From positions 1,472,001-1,536,000 of the forward strand of contig CAWCKW010000012.1 of NCBI GenBank assembly GCA_963796285.1: 64,000 bases of DNA, read 5' to 3'. Shown here one piece after another: positions 63,729 to 64,000 of this stretch; position 1 is the first letter of the stretch, and the number at the start of each line of letters is the position of its first letter. This DNA is from Nitrospirota bacterium. Lineage in GTDB: Bacteria > Nitrospirota > UBA9217. The notes below the pieces were generated by a model. That model ran no database searches. It was not told where the DNA came from and worked only from the letters and a program-made list of their open reading frames with translations. The translations under genes were made by a program, and so were the position numbers.

Positions 63729-64000
63729 ATGGGCAAAATAGTAACATATGAACGATGGATGACCCTTTATCTTCCTGATGGGTGGACTGAACGGGAAGAC
63801 GAGGGTTTTGTATTACTGGAAAAGGACGGCTGGCCTGGTATGATGCAACTCTCGTTTATTGAACGGGACGAAATAAAAACACCGCCTGCGGAGGCGGCCC
63901 GTATTCTCCTCGAAGACACCCTGGAGGAGCGTGATGTTCCCTTCCCTCGTGAAGCTGTTAAAGTAGAAAGCCGGGGAGATATAGGAATAGCGGCCCTGGA
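63729..64000 (+). CDS. Hypothetical protein, truncated by the window end
   Basis: Open frame MGKIVTYERWMTLYLPDGWTEREDEG... continues to the edge. Confidence 0.55.
   Translation, partial: MGKIVTYERWMTLYLPDGWTEREDEGFVLLEKDGWPGMMQLSFIERDEIKTPPAEAARILLEDTLEERDVPFPREAVKVESRGDIGIAAL

Overview
Bacterial chromosomal window. Gene order and protein style suggest Nitrospirota or deltaproteobacteria-like origin (inference). 1-19.9 kb (minus strand) is a Wzx/Wzy-type exopolysaccharide or capsule locus: wza, wzc, wzy, wzx and a priming sugar transferase fused to a degenerate nucleotidyltransferase. It is unusually rich in tailoring enzymes (carbamoyltransferase, SGNH hydrolase, B12 radical SAM, acyltransferase, acyl-CoA ligase, alkaline-phosphatase-superfamily enzyme, inosose-dehydrogenase-like enzyme). 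20.8-31 kb holds housekeeping genes (rlmN, rluD, lgt, lspA, ileS, PBP1A). 31.4-38.5 kb is an accessory region: hemerythrin, FeS-DUF3786, a beta-helix lipoprotein, and a candidate defence islet (PD-(D/E)XK-like protein, small membrane gene cut by an IS30 element with a visible ATG target duplication, KAP NTPase). 38.8-58 kb is a conserved block: tlyA, dxs, ispA, xseB, an HD-GYP + HEAT pair, xseA, ymdB, rny, rarA, 6S RNA, zapA, ftsY, yhaM, tusA, iscU, iscS, iscR. 58.5-64 kb holds TrmH, PAP2, a tRNA-thiolase-like protein, an APH-like kinase and an APS-kinase-like protein. Many essential genes are split by frameshifts, most likely consensus indel errors. The most striking non-coding signal is a set of gene-junction heptamer tandem arrays, mostly as inverted pairs with a different unit at almost every site. 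One heptamer array and one other intergenic repeat carry a tiny GCCTG-hairpin-GGC insertion. All calls are from visual motif recognition; no database searches were run.
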